Positions 1-8,500 of a stretch of DNA of 64,000 nucleotides are shown piece by piece. Made by a program: the position numbers and the translations under genes. The notes under the pieces were generated by a model that ran no database searches, was not told the DNA's origin, and was given only the letters and a program-made list of their open reading frames with translations. The DNA comes from a virus: positions 30,963-94,962 of the IMG/VR virus record IMGVR_UViG_3300046787_000206. One strand, written 5' to 3'. Each line of letters opens with the position of its first letter. The stretch's first letter is position 1.

Positions 1-708
1 GGTGGCGGTGGCGGTGGCGGTTCAGCCGCAGGTTCTGCGGGCGGCTCTGGCGGTGGCGGTACAGGTAACTATGGCTCTCCTACTGCAGGTGCAAGTAATA
101 CAGGCTCAGGCGGTGGAGGTTCCTATACTGTTAGTGGAGGTGCTGGAGGTTCTGGTATTGTCATTGTGCGCTATGAAAAAACAGCTGTGCAAGCGTCTAC
201 TAGTGCTTATGAGCTTATTGGAACTATTTCTCTAACCTCTGCACAAACGTCAGTAACTTTTTCTGGAATTCCTGGTAGCTATAAGCACCTGCAGGTAAGG
301 ATGCTAACTAGAAGTGATTTTGGTAGCACAAGCGACGCTCTGAATATACAAGTAAATGGAGATACAACTGCTTCATATAGCCGCCACTGGCTTGAAGGTA
401 ACGGCTCTAGTGTTGGCGGATTTGTTGACACCTCTGCCACTAAAGCCTGGCTGGGCCGAACTGTTGCGGATGGAAATACAGCAAATGTTTACACTCCCTG
501 GATTGTCGACATTTTGGACTACGCACAAACAAATAAAAATACCACGATACGCAGCTTTAGTGGCAATGTGGTAGGCACAATTAACTATGTGACATTTGCA
601 TCGGGGCTTTGGTATAAAACACCTGCGGTTACATCGTTGACATTCTTAAACAATACTGGTGGATATAAATCTGGTTCACGCTTTTCACTTTATGGGATAC
701 GAGGTTAG
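1..708 (+). CDS. Gly-rich fibre/virion protein, 5'-truncated by the window edge
   Basis: Frame of the 166..708 ORF is open back to base 1 (GGGGGGGSAAGSAGG...GGSGIVIVRY), followed by a beta-rich domain ending FSLYGI that is paralogous to 712..1209 and to the N-terminus of 1206..2603. Confidence 0.7.
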   Translation, partial: GGGGGGGSAAGSAGGSGGGGTGNYGSPTAGASNTGSGGGGSYTVSGGAGGSGIVIVRYEKTAVQASTSAYELIGTISLTSAQTSVTFSGIPGSYKHLQVRMLTRSDFGSTSDALNIQVNGDTTASYSRHWLEGNGSSVGGFVDTSATKAWLGRTVADGNTANVYTPWIVDILDYAQTNKNTTIRSFSGNVVGTINYVTFASGLWYKTPAVTSLTFLNNTGGYKSGSRFSLYGIRG

Positions 709-711
709 TCC

Positions 712-1209
712 ATGGCAGACGCATTAGTACAGTTGGCTACTATCACCCTTACATCTGCGCAGTCTTCGGTGGTGTTTTCTAACATACCTACAAATGGATT
801 TAAGGATTTACACCTTGTCTGTAAGCTGGGAGTATCTAGCGCCAACGGTGGTGGATTTATTTTTAATAATGACACTACTAGTGGAAACTACTCTTGGGTT
901 CAAATGCTTGGTAGTGGCTCGTCTACCTTATCTAACTCAGGTGCTCTAGCTAACAATAGTATGGCTATTTCACCAAACTACAACTTACCTACATCTTTAA
1001 GTTTAAATTTTACAATGGACATTATGGATTACTCTGCGACTGATAGACATAAGACTATGATTTGGCGAGCAGACGACGCAGCTCAAAATACCCTAGCGAT
1101 TGTTGGGCGCTGGGCAAGCACGAATGCCATTACTAAAATTGACTTGTCAGCTAACGTCACTACCTGGCTTGCTGGAAGCACCTTCTCTTTGTACGGAGTA
1201 GTAGCGTGA
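712..1209 (+). CDS. Minor tail/fibre-associated beta-sandwich protein (paralogue of neighbours)
   Basis: Same pattern as flanking genes (LATITLTSAQSSVVFSNIP...FSLYGV); GAGG RBS upstream. Confidence 0.65.
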   Translation: MADALVQLATITLTSAQSSVVFSNIPTNGFKDLHLVCKLGVSSANGGGFIFNNDTTSGNYSWVQMLGSGSSTLSNSGALANNSMAISPNYNLPTSLSLNFTMDIMDYSATDRHKTMIWRADDAAQNTLAIVGRWASTNAITKIDLSANVTTWLAGSTFSLYGVVA

Positions 1210-2603
1210 GTTATACCTTAATTTCTACACAGACTGTCGGAGCTGGTGGAGCTGCAAGCATTGATTTTACAAGCATTCCTCAGACTTACACTGATTTGAT
1301 TGTTGTCTTTTCTCTACGAGGAACAGTGTCTGCGGGAGTTAGCAACGTAAAGCTTACATTTAATGGTTCAACAACAGGCTATTCTGGTAGAACACTTATG
1401 GGCTTTGGCTCTGGAGCAGGTTACTCTGAAACAAACGTTGACCAGTATTCAACTCCGTGGCCTTTTATCAATCTTTATGCCAATGTCGGCAGCACATCTA
1501 CAGCCAGCACCTTTTCAAATGGTTCACTATTAGTGCCTAATTATACGGGAAGCGCTAATAAGTCTGTAAGCATCGATTGGGTAAATGAGACTAATGCGAC
1601 TGCAGCTTGGTCTGGTATTAACGCAGGGCTCTGGTCTAACACCTCAGCAATTACCTCACTCAGTCTCGGTGCCTACTCTGGAAACTTTGTGCAATACTCA
1701 ACCGCATCACTTTACGGTATAAACCGTATTCCTACAGCTACTCTAGGAACTACTCCTACAGTTGACTACCTGGTAGTCGCTGGTGGAGGTACTGGCGGAG
1801 GCTATGTAGGTGGTGGCGGTGGAGCTGGCGGTCTTCTAACTGGTTCGGCTTTTTCCGTTGCTTCAGGCTCACCTATTACCATCACCGTAGGTGCGGGTGG
1901 TGCAGGTGGCGCTGGCTCGGTCAGCAATGGTAGCAGCTCTACCTTCAGCTCAGTAACTGCCGTTGGTGGTGGACGTGGTGGTCAGGGTGGTGGCGGTGGC
2001 CAAGGTCCCGCAACCTCTGGTGGTTCAGGCGGTGGTGGTGGTTCGTCTACAGCTTCACCATCGACGCTGGTTGGTGGTGCTGGAACTTCTGGTCAAGGAT
2101 TTGCTGGCGGTAATTCTGGAGGCATGGGTGGCTCGTATCCATCTGGTGGTGGTGGTGGAGCTGCTGCAGTAGGAGTATCTCCAGCATCGACTAGTACAGG
2201 CGGTGGAAACGGTGGGGCGGGTGCAGTTAGCACTCTTACTGGTACTACTATGTACTACGCAGGTGGTGGCGGTGGAGCTAACTCTAACGCTAGCGTTTAC
2301 TTGCCTGGAACTGGTGGTCTTGGTGGTGGAGGAAATGGTGCACTGCATAGCAACGCCGATGGTTCGGTGGTTACTCCTGCTACAGCTGGACTAGCAAACA
2401 CTGGCGGTGGCGGCGGTGGCGGAGGCTCTGCGGTCGGTAGTGGTAGCTCAAATACTTCTCTAAGTGGTGGTTCTGGTGTGGTTATTATCCGCTACCCAGA
2501 TACTTACAACCCACCTTCAGCTACTACAGGTTCCCCATCTGTCAAGTACATCAATGGTTACAGGGTGTATACCTGGACCGCATCTGGTTCAATTACTTTC
2601 TAG
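1206..2603 (+). CDS. Gly-rich fibre-like virion protein
   Basis: N-terminal paralogous beta domain, then VDYLVVAGGG...GGSGVVIIRY Gly-rich domain. Confidence 0.7.
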   Translation: MSYTLISTQTVGAGGAASIDFTSIPQTYTDLIVVFSLRGTVSAGVSNVKLTFNGSTTGYSGRTLMGFGSGAGYSETNVDQYSTPWPFINLYANVGSTSTASTFSNGSLLVPNYTGSANKSVSIDWVNETNATAAWSGINAGLWSNTSAITSLSLGAYSGNFVQYSTASLYGINRIPTATLGTTPTVDYLVVAGGGTGGGYVGGGGGAGGLLTGSAFSVASGSPITITVGAGGAGGAGSVSNGSSSTFSSVTAVGGGRGGQGGGGGQGPATSGGSGGGGGSSTASPSTLVGGAGTSGQGFAGGNSGGMGGSYPSGGGGGAAAVGVSPASTSTGGGNGGAGAVSTLTGTTMYYAGGGGGANSNASVYLPGTGGLGGGGNGALHSNADGSVVTPATAGLANTGGGGGGGGSAVGSGSSNTSLSGGSGVVIIRYPDTYNPPSATTGSPSVKYINGYRVYTWTASGSITF

Positions 2604-2613
2604 GAGATAAATA

Positions 2614-2847
2614 ATGACTGAAATTCTAACTAAGGCCGTATGGAATGGCGACACTGGCGAGACTGAGATTGTCCCGCTTAGTGCAGAAGAGCTAGCTCAG
2701 CGTGAGCTGGACATCGCTGCTGCAGCTACTGCAGAAGAAGAGCGTTTAGCGGCTATTGCTGCTGAAGAGCTCGCTAAGGCTGATGCTATTGCTGAGCTAA
2801 AGGCTCTAGGCCTAAGCGACGCTGCTATCGCAGCCCTTACTAAATAG
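2614..2847 (+). CDS. Small helical protein, possible fibre assembly chaperone
   Basis: AGGAG RBS; acidic Ala-rich helix; directly after fibre genes. Confidence 0.5.
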   Translation: MTEILTKAVWNGDTGETEIVPLSAEELAQRELDIAAAATAEEERLAAIAAEELAKADAIAELKALGLSDAAIAALTK

Positions 2848-2893
2848 GCTTACCTGGCTGCAGGTAGGAACACAAAACCCCGACAAGGTTAAG

Positions 2894-2925
2894 GTAATGG
2901 CCCCGTTTAATTATGGGGCCATTAC
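2894..2925 (+). terminator. Intergenic hairpin, probable terminator
   Basis: GTAATGGCCCC / GGGGCCATTAC perfect 11-bp inverted repeat. Confidence 0.6.
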
Positions 2926-2984
2926 TCATTTAGCCCGCAATCTACCCTGCGATAAGGGAAAATAGAACTCTACGGAGGTTTCTC

Positions 2985-4316
2985 TTGCCAGGTTCAGTAA
3001 AAATTAGTGGTGCTCAGCGCACTGTCGCTGCCCCTTACGTAAAAGTAAATGGTACTTGGCGTACTGCAAGCATTGCTTACACTAAGGTAGCTGGAACTTG
3101 GCGTCAGTGGTATGCCGCTAGCATTACTGATGACTTTAACCGTGCAGATGCAGCTTCCCTTGGGACCGTAAGTAACGGAGTTACCTCCTGGACAAATACT
3201 AGAGGCACATGGGCAATCGTATCCAATGCTGCTGTTGGTTCTGGAACTACTCCGCTAGCCTCTGTAACTAACCCGCTGCAGTCTTCTAACTACGAGCTAA
3301 AGCTAGACCTACCGTCTGGCTCAGGCTCAGGCCTTGCCTTCTGGGTGACAGACGCAGACAACTGGTACGGCGTAGTAAGCGGAGCTACAAGCACAACTAC
3401 TTACTCTTGCCCTAATGGCGGAACACTATCAGGCACTACCTGTAGTGGTACCAGTACCTATGCGGCTAGCTCTTCTACTACCACTGTCTCAGACCCTATG
3501 TACTACAGCTGTCCATCAGGCGGCTCACTAAGCGGCACTACTTGTTACACCACCAGTACTTATGGCGCTCAGATTAACTGTTCTGGCCCGTACTACTACA
3601 ACCCTGGCGGCTCTAGTACCTACAACGCAGGCCCAGCAACCTACAGCGGCGATACCTTTGCTAAGTCTAGCGGCGGCAATTGCGCTAACTGCAGTTCAGG
3701 CCAAAACTGTTACAGCGGAGGCTGCTACAACCGTGGGTACTACTGGTGTCCTGGTGGCGGTGTCGCTATTAACATGGACTGCTACATAACTACCACCACT
3801 CCTGCAGGGTGCAGTTCTGGTAGCCAAGGCACCCCTTGTGGTAGCGGTTGCTACAGCTACAGCTACAGCTGCCCATCTGGCGGAACTCTAAGCGGCAGCA
3901 CCTGTACTGCTAACGGCTCGTACTCAGCACAGGCTAATTATCCAACTCACCAAGAGACCACTTACTCTTGCAACTCTGGGGACACTCTTAACGGGACTAC
4001 CTGTACTCACCCATTCTCGTACTCAGCCACTGGCACCACCGTTTACGATTACTTCTACAAGGTAGTTCGCATGGCTGCTGGAACCCTGTCTACTTTGGTT
4101 CAGTACACAACTCCATCAAGAGTTGCTAGTCTTAAAGTATCCACCTCTAATAGCTCTATTACAGCAGTTGCCTACACGGGAGCAGCTCAGACAGGTACTG
4201 TTATAACAAATAGTTATACAGCTACGTCTCCTGCTCTTACAGCGGTTGCTGGAATTGTTGGAGTAGGAGCTGGGTACCAATCAAGCAACACCGTGGATAA
4301 CTTCAACCTTAAGTAG
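2985..4316 (+). CDS. Cys/Ser/Thr-rich fibre or receptor-binding protein
   Basis: TTG start with GGAGG RBS; YVKVNGTWR/YTKVAGTWR N-terminal repeats; four YSCxxGxxLxGxTC repeats. Confidence 0.65.
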   Translation: MPGSVKISGAQRTVAAPYVKVNGTWRTASIAYTKVAGTWRQWYAASITDDFNRADAASLGTVSNGVTSWTNTRGTWAIVSNAAVGSGTTPLASVTNPLQSSNYELKLDLPSGSGSGLAFWVTDADNWYGVVSGATSTTTYSCPNGGTLSGTTCSGTSTYAASSSTTTVSDPMYYSCPSGGSLSGTTCYTTSTYGAQINCSGPYYYNPGGSSTYNAGPATYSGDTFAKSSGGNCANCSSGQNCYSGGCYNRGYYWCPGGGVAINMDCYITTTTPAGCSSGSQGTPCGSGCYSYSYSCPSGGTLSGSTCTANGSYSAQANYPTHQETTYSCNSGDTLNGTTCTHPFSYSATGTTVYDYFYKVVRMAAGTLSTLVQYTTPSRVASLKVSTSNSSITAVAYTGAAQTGTVITNSYTATSPALTAVAGIVGVGAGYQSSNTVDNFNLK

Positions 4317-4322
4317 GACTAC

Positions 4323-4481
4323 ATGGAACCTGTAAAAATCGAAGACCCAAAAGAACGATACGAAATCTGCAAGTCTTGCCCTGAATTCTTTAAGCCAACC
4401 AGACAGTGCCGTGAGTGCATGTGCTTCATGTCGGTAAAGACTAAAGTACACGAGGCTACTTGCCCACTAGGAAAATGGTAA
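4323..4481 (+). CDS. 52-aa Cys-rich protein (DUF6171-like); not in ORF track
   Basis: AGGA RBS; MEPVKIEDPKERYEICKSCPEFFKPTRQCRECMCFMSVKTKVHEATCPLGKW. Confidence 0.75.
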   Translation: MEPVKIEDPKERYEICKSCPEFFKPTRQCRECMCFMSVKTKVHEATCPLGKW

Positions 4482-4486
4482 CCAAT

Positions 4487-4786
4487 ATGGACTACACACT
4501 AATCCGCACTGCACACGGCCCAGCTGTTCTAGGAGATGGAGAGGTTCTCTTCCTCAACCAGTTCCAGCAGCTAGTTGACTATATTGATGCTGACCCTAAC
4601 TTCCTGGAGAATGCCAAGAAGTTTGTTTCAGATGAGATTCGTCAGCTAGGTAACGACATCGCTGATAGTTTCTACAAGCCAGTGCTTGGAGGAGACCTTA
4701 CTCAGCTATTGCACATGTATTTGAACTCGGTACAGCTTATCGCTCAGCTAGAGCACAACTTTATCCCGAGTCTGCAGCACCGCTAG
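4487..4786 (+). CDS. Hypothetical protein
   Basis: ATG at 4487 just after the upstream stop; fills the operon gap. Confidence 0.65.
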   Translation: MDYTLIRTAHGPAVLGDGEVLFLNQFQQLVDYIDADPNFLENAKKFVSDEIRQLGNDIADSFYKPVLGGDLTQLLHMYLNSVQLIAQLEHNFIPSLQHR

Positions 4787-4798
4787 AAAGGTTCCCAC

Positions 4799-5374
4799 AT
4801 GCGTGGAGGTAACGAAGGAAGCGATAGAAGTAGTCGCTTCGGCATGGACTACGAAGCTAAGTCTATCTACGAAGGTATGGCCGAAGAGCTTGGTGGTACC
4901 GTAGGCGTAGATGTTGACTGGTTCCGTTGGCAAGAATACTGGCTAGACGATAATTATGTTGATGTCGTAGATGACATCTATGATGTATCTAGCTCAGAGC
5001 CTGGCAAGGGCCGCCGATGGATGCTTCCATTTAAGATGCCTGCAATCATGGCGCAGTTTATTCGTGGTAGTAACATCATGAACGAACGTGGTTTCTACGT
5101 AGCTGACACCCTGCGCCTAGTACTAAACGTAGGCGACGTACAGCGCCTAGTTCCTGGTTTGATTACCGATTCAAACACGCACATTAAAGATAGAATAATC
5201 TACCGTGGTGAAGTCTTTACTCCTACACGAGTTCTACCTCGTGGAGCTTTTGGTTACAAGTTTGCTGTCGTAACTATCGACTGCAACCAGGTAAACCCTG
5301 AGGAACTAGTGAACGACCCACAATTCACTAAGTACGCATCGTTCCCTAAGACAGAGCGCAGAAATGCCGTTTAA
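4799..5374 (+). CDS. Probable head closure/neck protein
   Basis: C-terminal KDRIIYRGEVFTPTRV pattern typical of head-tail connector beta folds; position upstream of tail genes. Confidence 0.5.
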   Translation: MRGGNEGSDRSSRFGMDYEAKSIYEGMAEELGGTVGVDVDWFRWQEYWLDDNYVDVVDDIYDVSSSEPGKGRRWMLPFKMPAIMAQFIRGSNIMNERGFYVADTLRLVLNVGDVQRLVPGLITDSNTHIKDRIIYRGEVFTPTRVLPRGAFGYKFAVVTIDCNQVNPEELVNDPQFTKYASFPKTERRNAV

Positions 5375-5489
5375 GTCCCTAGCTCAGATGCGTCTGATGT
5401 ACTCTAAAAATCCTAAGATGGCCAAAGAGTGGGCATCTAAGACCCCCAATATTAAATCTCTACCAGAAAAGGCAAGTAAGAATGGCTGA
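5364..5489 (+). CDS. 41-aa basic protein; not in ORF track
   Basis: MPFKSLAQMRLMYSKNPKMAKEWASKTPNIKSLPEKASKNG; overlaps both neighbours. Confidence 0.7.
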   Translation: MPFKSLAQMRLMYSKNPKMAKEWASKTPNIKSLPEKASKNG

Positions 5490-5784
5490 AAAGAAAAAGG
5501 AAACCTCTAAGAAGGACCCTCGTCTAGCCCGTGCTGGAGTTACTGGATACAACAAGCCTAAGCGTACGCCTGGGGCCGCAAAGTCACACGTAGTTGTGGC
5601 TAAGGAAGGTGACCAGATTAAGACTATCCGCTTTGGTCAGCAGGGCGTATCAGGCTCTCCTGAGAAGAAGGGCGAGTCTGAGGCATATCGCAAGCGCCGT
5701 GAATCATTCAAGGCTCGTCACGCCAAGAACATCGCTAAGGGAAAGATGTCAGCTGCTTACTGGGCTGACAAGGTTAAGTGGTAA
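5482..5784 (+). CDS. Small Lys/Arg-rich phage protein
   Basis: KTIRFGQQG...SFKARH...SAAYWADKVKW; TAATG overlap with next gene. Confidence 0.8.
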   Translation: MAEKKKETSKKDPRLARAGVTGYNKPKRTPGAAKSHVVVAKEGDQIKTIRFGQQGVSGSPEKKGESEAYRKRRESFKARHAKNIAKGKMSAAYWADKVKW

Positions 5785-5978
5785 TGGCTGAGAAGAAAAA
5801 GGCTACTAAGTCTAAGGTCAACGAGGCAGGCAACTACACTAAGCCTGGTCTTCGTAAGACTATTTTTAACCAAATCAAAGCTGGCTCTAAAGGTGGCGAC
5901 CCAGGTGAATGGTCTGCCCGTAAGGCCCAGCTTCTCGCTGCTGAGTATAAGAAGCGTGGCGGAGGATACAAGGACTAA
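5784..5978 (+). CDS. Basic protein, N-terminal half of a DUF5872-like family
   Basis: NYTKPGLRK...KGGDPGEWSARKAQLLAAEYKKRGGGY; TAATG coupling on both sides. Confidence 0.7.
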   Translation: MAEKKKATKSKVNEAGNYTKPGLRKTIFNQIKAGSKGGDPGEWSARKAQLLAAEYKKRGGGYKD

Positions 5979-6223
5979 TGGCTAAAGCAAAGTCCCAACA
6001 GTCTTTAGATAAGTGGACAGACGAGAAGTGGAAGACCTCCGACGGTAAGCCGTCTAATGGTAAGAAGCGGTATCTTCCTGAAAAGGCCTGGGAGAACTTG
6101 AGCCCTGCTGAGAAGAAGGCTACGAATGCCGCTAAAGCTAAGGGCAATAAGAAGGGTGAGCAGTTTGTAGCTCAACCTAAGAAGATTGCCAAGAAGACTG
6201 CCGCCTATAGAAAGGCAAAGTAA
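5978..6223 (+). CDS. Basic protein, C-terminal half of a DUF5872-like family
   Basis: QQSLDKWTDEKWKT...KRYLPEKAWENLS...GEQFV. Confidence 0.7.
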   Translation: MAKAKSQQSLDKWTDEKWKTSDGKPSNGKKRYLPEKAWENLSPAEKKATNAAKAKGNKKGEQFVAQPKKIAKKTAAYRKAK

Positions 6224-6516
6224 TGACAGTACCTGTAGGAACCCGCAAGAAGTTCGGGCCATACAAAGGCTCCGCTCAGAATGGTGGGCGTGAAATCTAC
6301 GTCTGGAAGACCAAGACCAAAGATGGCTGGAAGACCGAGTCAAGCAACAAGGCTCGTGTAGACCACGAAGAAAATACTGGCCGTAAGCTGCCTAAGAATG
6401 TTGATGTTGACCACAAGGACAACAACAAGAAGAACGACTCTAAGGGTAACCTTAGAGCCATGTCACACGGCAAGAATGTTGCTAAGGAAAACAAGCGTAG
6501 AGCAGGTAAAAAGTAA
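6223..6516 (+). CDS. Small HNH-motif protein
   Basis: VDVDHKDNNKKNDSKGNLRAMSHGKN matches the HNH core. Confidence 0.7.
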   Translation: MTVPVGTRKKFGPYKGSAQNGGREIYVWKTKTKDGWKTESSNKARVDHEENTGRKLPKNVDVDHKDNNKKNDSKGNLRAMSHGKNVAKENKRRAGKK

Positions 6517-6647
6517 TGGCTGAGAAGAAGAAACCAACAGTACCTAAGCTGCCTGAGCTACCTAAGCTCAAGAATCCAGCTATGGCCCGTGACCAAAGAC
6601 TGTCTGTCCGTAAAGCTAACTCTCAAGGAAAGAAGAAAAGCAAATGA
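6516..6647 (+). CDS. 43-aa Lys/Pro-rich protein; not in ORF track
   Basis: MAEKKKPTVPKLPELPKLKNPAMARDQRLSVRKANSQGKKKSK; TAATG overlap upstream. Confidence 0.7.
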   Translation: MAEKKKPTVPKLPELPKLKNPAMARDQRLSVRKANSQGKKKSK

Positions 6648-6688
6648 ACGAATGTAAGTGCGAAAACTGTAAGTGCGGTAAGAACTAA
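6644..6688 (+). CDS. 14-aa Cys-rich micropeptide MNECKCENCKCGKN
   Basis: ATGA overlap with the upstream stop and TAATG overlap with the downstream start; exactly fills the gap. Confidence 0.55.
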   Translation: MNECKCENCKCGKN

Positions 6689-7002
6689 TGGCGGGTAAGC
6701 CCGCCTTCCTCAAGGGCAAGTACACTGAGGAAAAGGACAAGAAGAAGGATGCCCAGATGACCAAGGGCCTAACCCCAGCTGAGAAGCGTAAGTTTGAGGC
6801 TGAGGACAAGAAGCACGGCGACAAGAAGAAGCCTAAGACCATGGCTGAAGACAAGAAGATTGACGCCAAGATTATCAAGGGCATCAAGAAGCACTCAGCT
6901 CACGAGAAGGCTGAAGGCAAGGCTGGCGAGAAGCGTGAGAAGGCTGCGTGTTCATGCGGCAAGTGCGCATCATGTAAGGGCAAGAAAGCAGGAAAGAAGT
7001 AA
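6688..7002 (+). CDS. Lys-rich protein with C-terminal CxCxxCxxC motif
   Basis: Highly charged; ends ACSCGKCASCKGKKAGKK. Confidence 0.75.
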   Translation: MAGKPAFLKGKYTEEKDKKKDAQMTKGLTPAEKRKFEAEDKKHGDKKKPKTMAEDKKIDAKIIKGIKKHSAHEKAEGKAGEKREKAACSCGKCASCKGKKAGKK

Positions 7003-7172
7003 TGGGTACTCCAATTTATGACAAGATGGTAGCCGAGCGTTCAGCTAAGAAAGCTGCGGCTTCGAAGCCTGCTCCTAAGGCAAAGCCTGTTACTAAGAAA
7101 GCCGCTGCTGCTGCGAAGCCTGCCCCTAAGGCAAAGCCTTTAAAGGCAAAGAAGTCTCCAGGTAGTTATTAA
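7002..7172 (+). CDS. 56-aa histone H1-like Lys/Ala/Pro protein; not in ORF track
   Basis: MGTPIYDKMVAERSAKKAAASKPAPKAKPVTKKAAAAAKPAPKAKPLKAKKSPGSY; internal duplication of KKAAA..KPAPKAKP. Confidence 0.7.
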   Translation: MGTPIYDKMVAERSAKKAAASKPAPKAKPVTKKAAAAAKPAPKAKPLKAKKSPGSY

Positions 7173-7191
7173 CTCAACACAAACAAAGTTT

Positions 7192-7219
7192 AGCCCTGCT
7201 TTTTGCAGGGCTTTTCTTT
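7192..7219 (+). terminator. Intrinsic terminator
   Basis: AGCCCTGC-TTTTT-GCAGGGCT followed by TTTCTTT. Confidence 0.75.
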
Positions 7220-7296
7220 ATCCTTAGAGGTGTAGTAACCGTGCGGAAACTACCTAGCTTTTGCTAGACCCTGCGCCTGTAAAAAGGATTTTGCTG

Positions 7297-7506
7297 ATGC
7301 CTCCTGCAAACTTTAAGCCCTGGTGGGAACAAGTTGCAAATTTTGAGAATGGACAAGACCAAGAAGAGTTTCTTCGTGGTGTCTACCAAGGTTTGACTAC
7401 TAGTCGCCCTGCCCAGCGCCAGTCCTATCTTATGGGTCTAGTCGCAGGCTACAAAAACAGGAAGTTCGCACAGCCAGAATCTTTTACAGGTAAGCCTAAG
7501 CAGTGA
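7297..7506 (+). CDS. Hypothetical protein
   Basis: ATG at 7297 has an AAGGA RBS; GTGA overlap with next gene. Confidence 0.6.
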   Translation: MPPANFKPWWEQVANFENGQDQEEFLRGVYQGLTTSRPAQRQSYLMGLVAGYKNRKFAQPESFTGKPKQ

Positions 7507-7814
7507 AGCACTTCACCAACTCAGTAATCAAAGCAGCCCACACTGCGGCATCTCAGATGACCGCAGATATTCGTGCGTCTGCTTTGGCGAAGGGCTGGCA
7601 CCCTGATGTCGTAGACAACATGCAGGTCAAGTACCACGAGGGTACTTTTAAAGTAGACATTCACCCAGACTACAAGGACCGTGCCTTCACTCACGAGTAC
7701 GGCAATGAGTCTACCCGTCCTACCGCCGTTCTCCGTAACCACGAAGGTCAGACTCACAAGTCTGAGCAGGTATTCGCTAAGAGCCTAAAGTCACACCTTG
7801 GAGGTAAGCTATGA
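7503..7814 (+). CDS. Possible neck/tail completion protein (HK97 gp10-like)
   Basis: HEYG....RP motif near C-terminus; position before tail terminator and sheath. Confidence 0.45.
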   Translation: MKHFTNSVIKAAHTAASQMTADIRASALAKGWHPDVVDNMQVKYHEGTFKVDIHPDYKDRAFTHEYGNESTRPTAVLRNHEGQTHKSEQVFAKSLKSHLGGKL

Positions 7815-8458
7815 CCTTTATTCTTTCAGAGGACAAGGCTCTTCGACAGAAGCTACAGACTATTACTGTAACTGACCAGAAGGCCGATGCAGAAGACACT
7901 CCACGACAGGTGGGCGTATGGTTTGGCCAGCCTGACCAAGAGCTACGCCCTCAGTCATACCCTTACATCACTATTGACCTAGTAAATGTGCAGCGTGACC
8001 CAGTTCGTGAAATGCGCTCAGACTTCATGGCACCTACTTACCTACAGCCAGAGAATCTTGCGCCTAACCAAAAGTTCATTGCTTCTGAGCTCGTGCCAGT
8101 GAGCTTGACCTATCAAGTAACTACCTACGCACGTAACCCTCGCCATGACCGACAGATTATCAGTCAGCTTCTTGGTCGAGTTCTACCTATTAGATTTGGC
8201 ACCCTTGACGTGGATGACAACACCATCCGACGTTTGGATGTCGTAAATATCTCTAAAAGAGATATGACTGAGCAGGCAAAACGCTTGTTCATGAATGCAA
8301 TTACAGTGCAGGTTTCAAGTGAAATCACACTGGGAACACTACAGAACATCTATCAGGTTCTAGAAGTACACATCGACAATCCTACCGACGTACGTGCTGG
8401 TGGCCACCCTGGCGACCCGTACTTCGAAGGTCTTGGTCCGACTATTATCACGGAATAA
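7811..8458 (+). CDS. Probable tail terminator/cap protein
   Basis: YPYITIDL and VSLTYQVTTYAR motifs; immediately upstream of sheath. Confidence 0.55.
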   Translation: MTFILSEDKALRQKLQTITVTDQKADAEDTPRQVGVWFGQPDQELRPQSYPYITIDLVNVQRDPVREMRSDFMAPTYLQPENLAPNQKFIASELVPVSLTYQVTTYARNPRHDRQIISQLLGRVLPIRFGTLDVDDNTIRRLDVVNISKRDMTEQAKRLFMNAITVQVSSEITLGTLQNIYQVLEVHIDNPTDVRAGGHPGDPYFEGLGPTIITE

Positions 8459-8500
8459 TTCGTAACCCTTAGAAATAATCAACCTAGTTAGGAGATACCA

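Noticed and set aside
1-4316. Diversity-generating retroelement acting on fibre genes
   Set aside because: No reverse transcriptase and no template/variable repeat pair differing at adenines was seen
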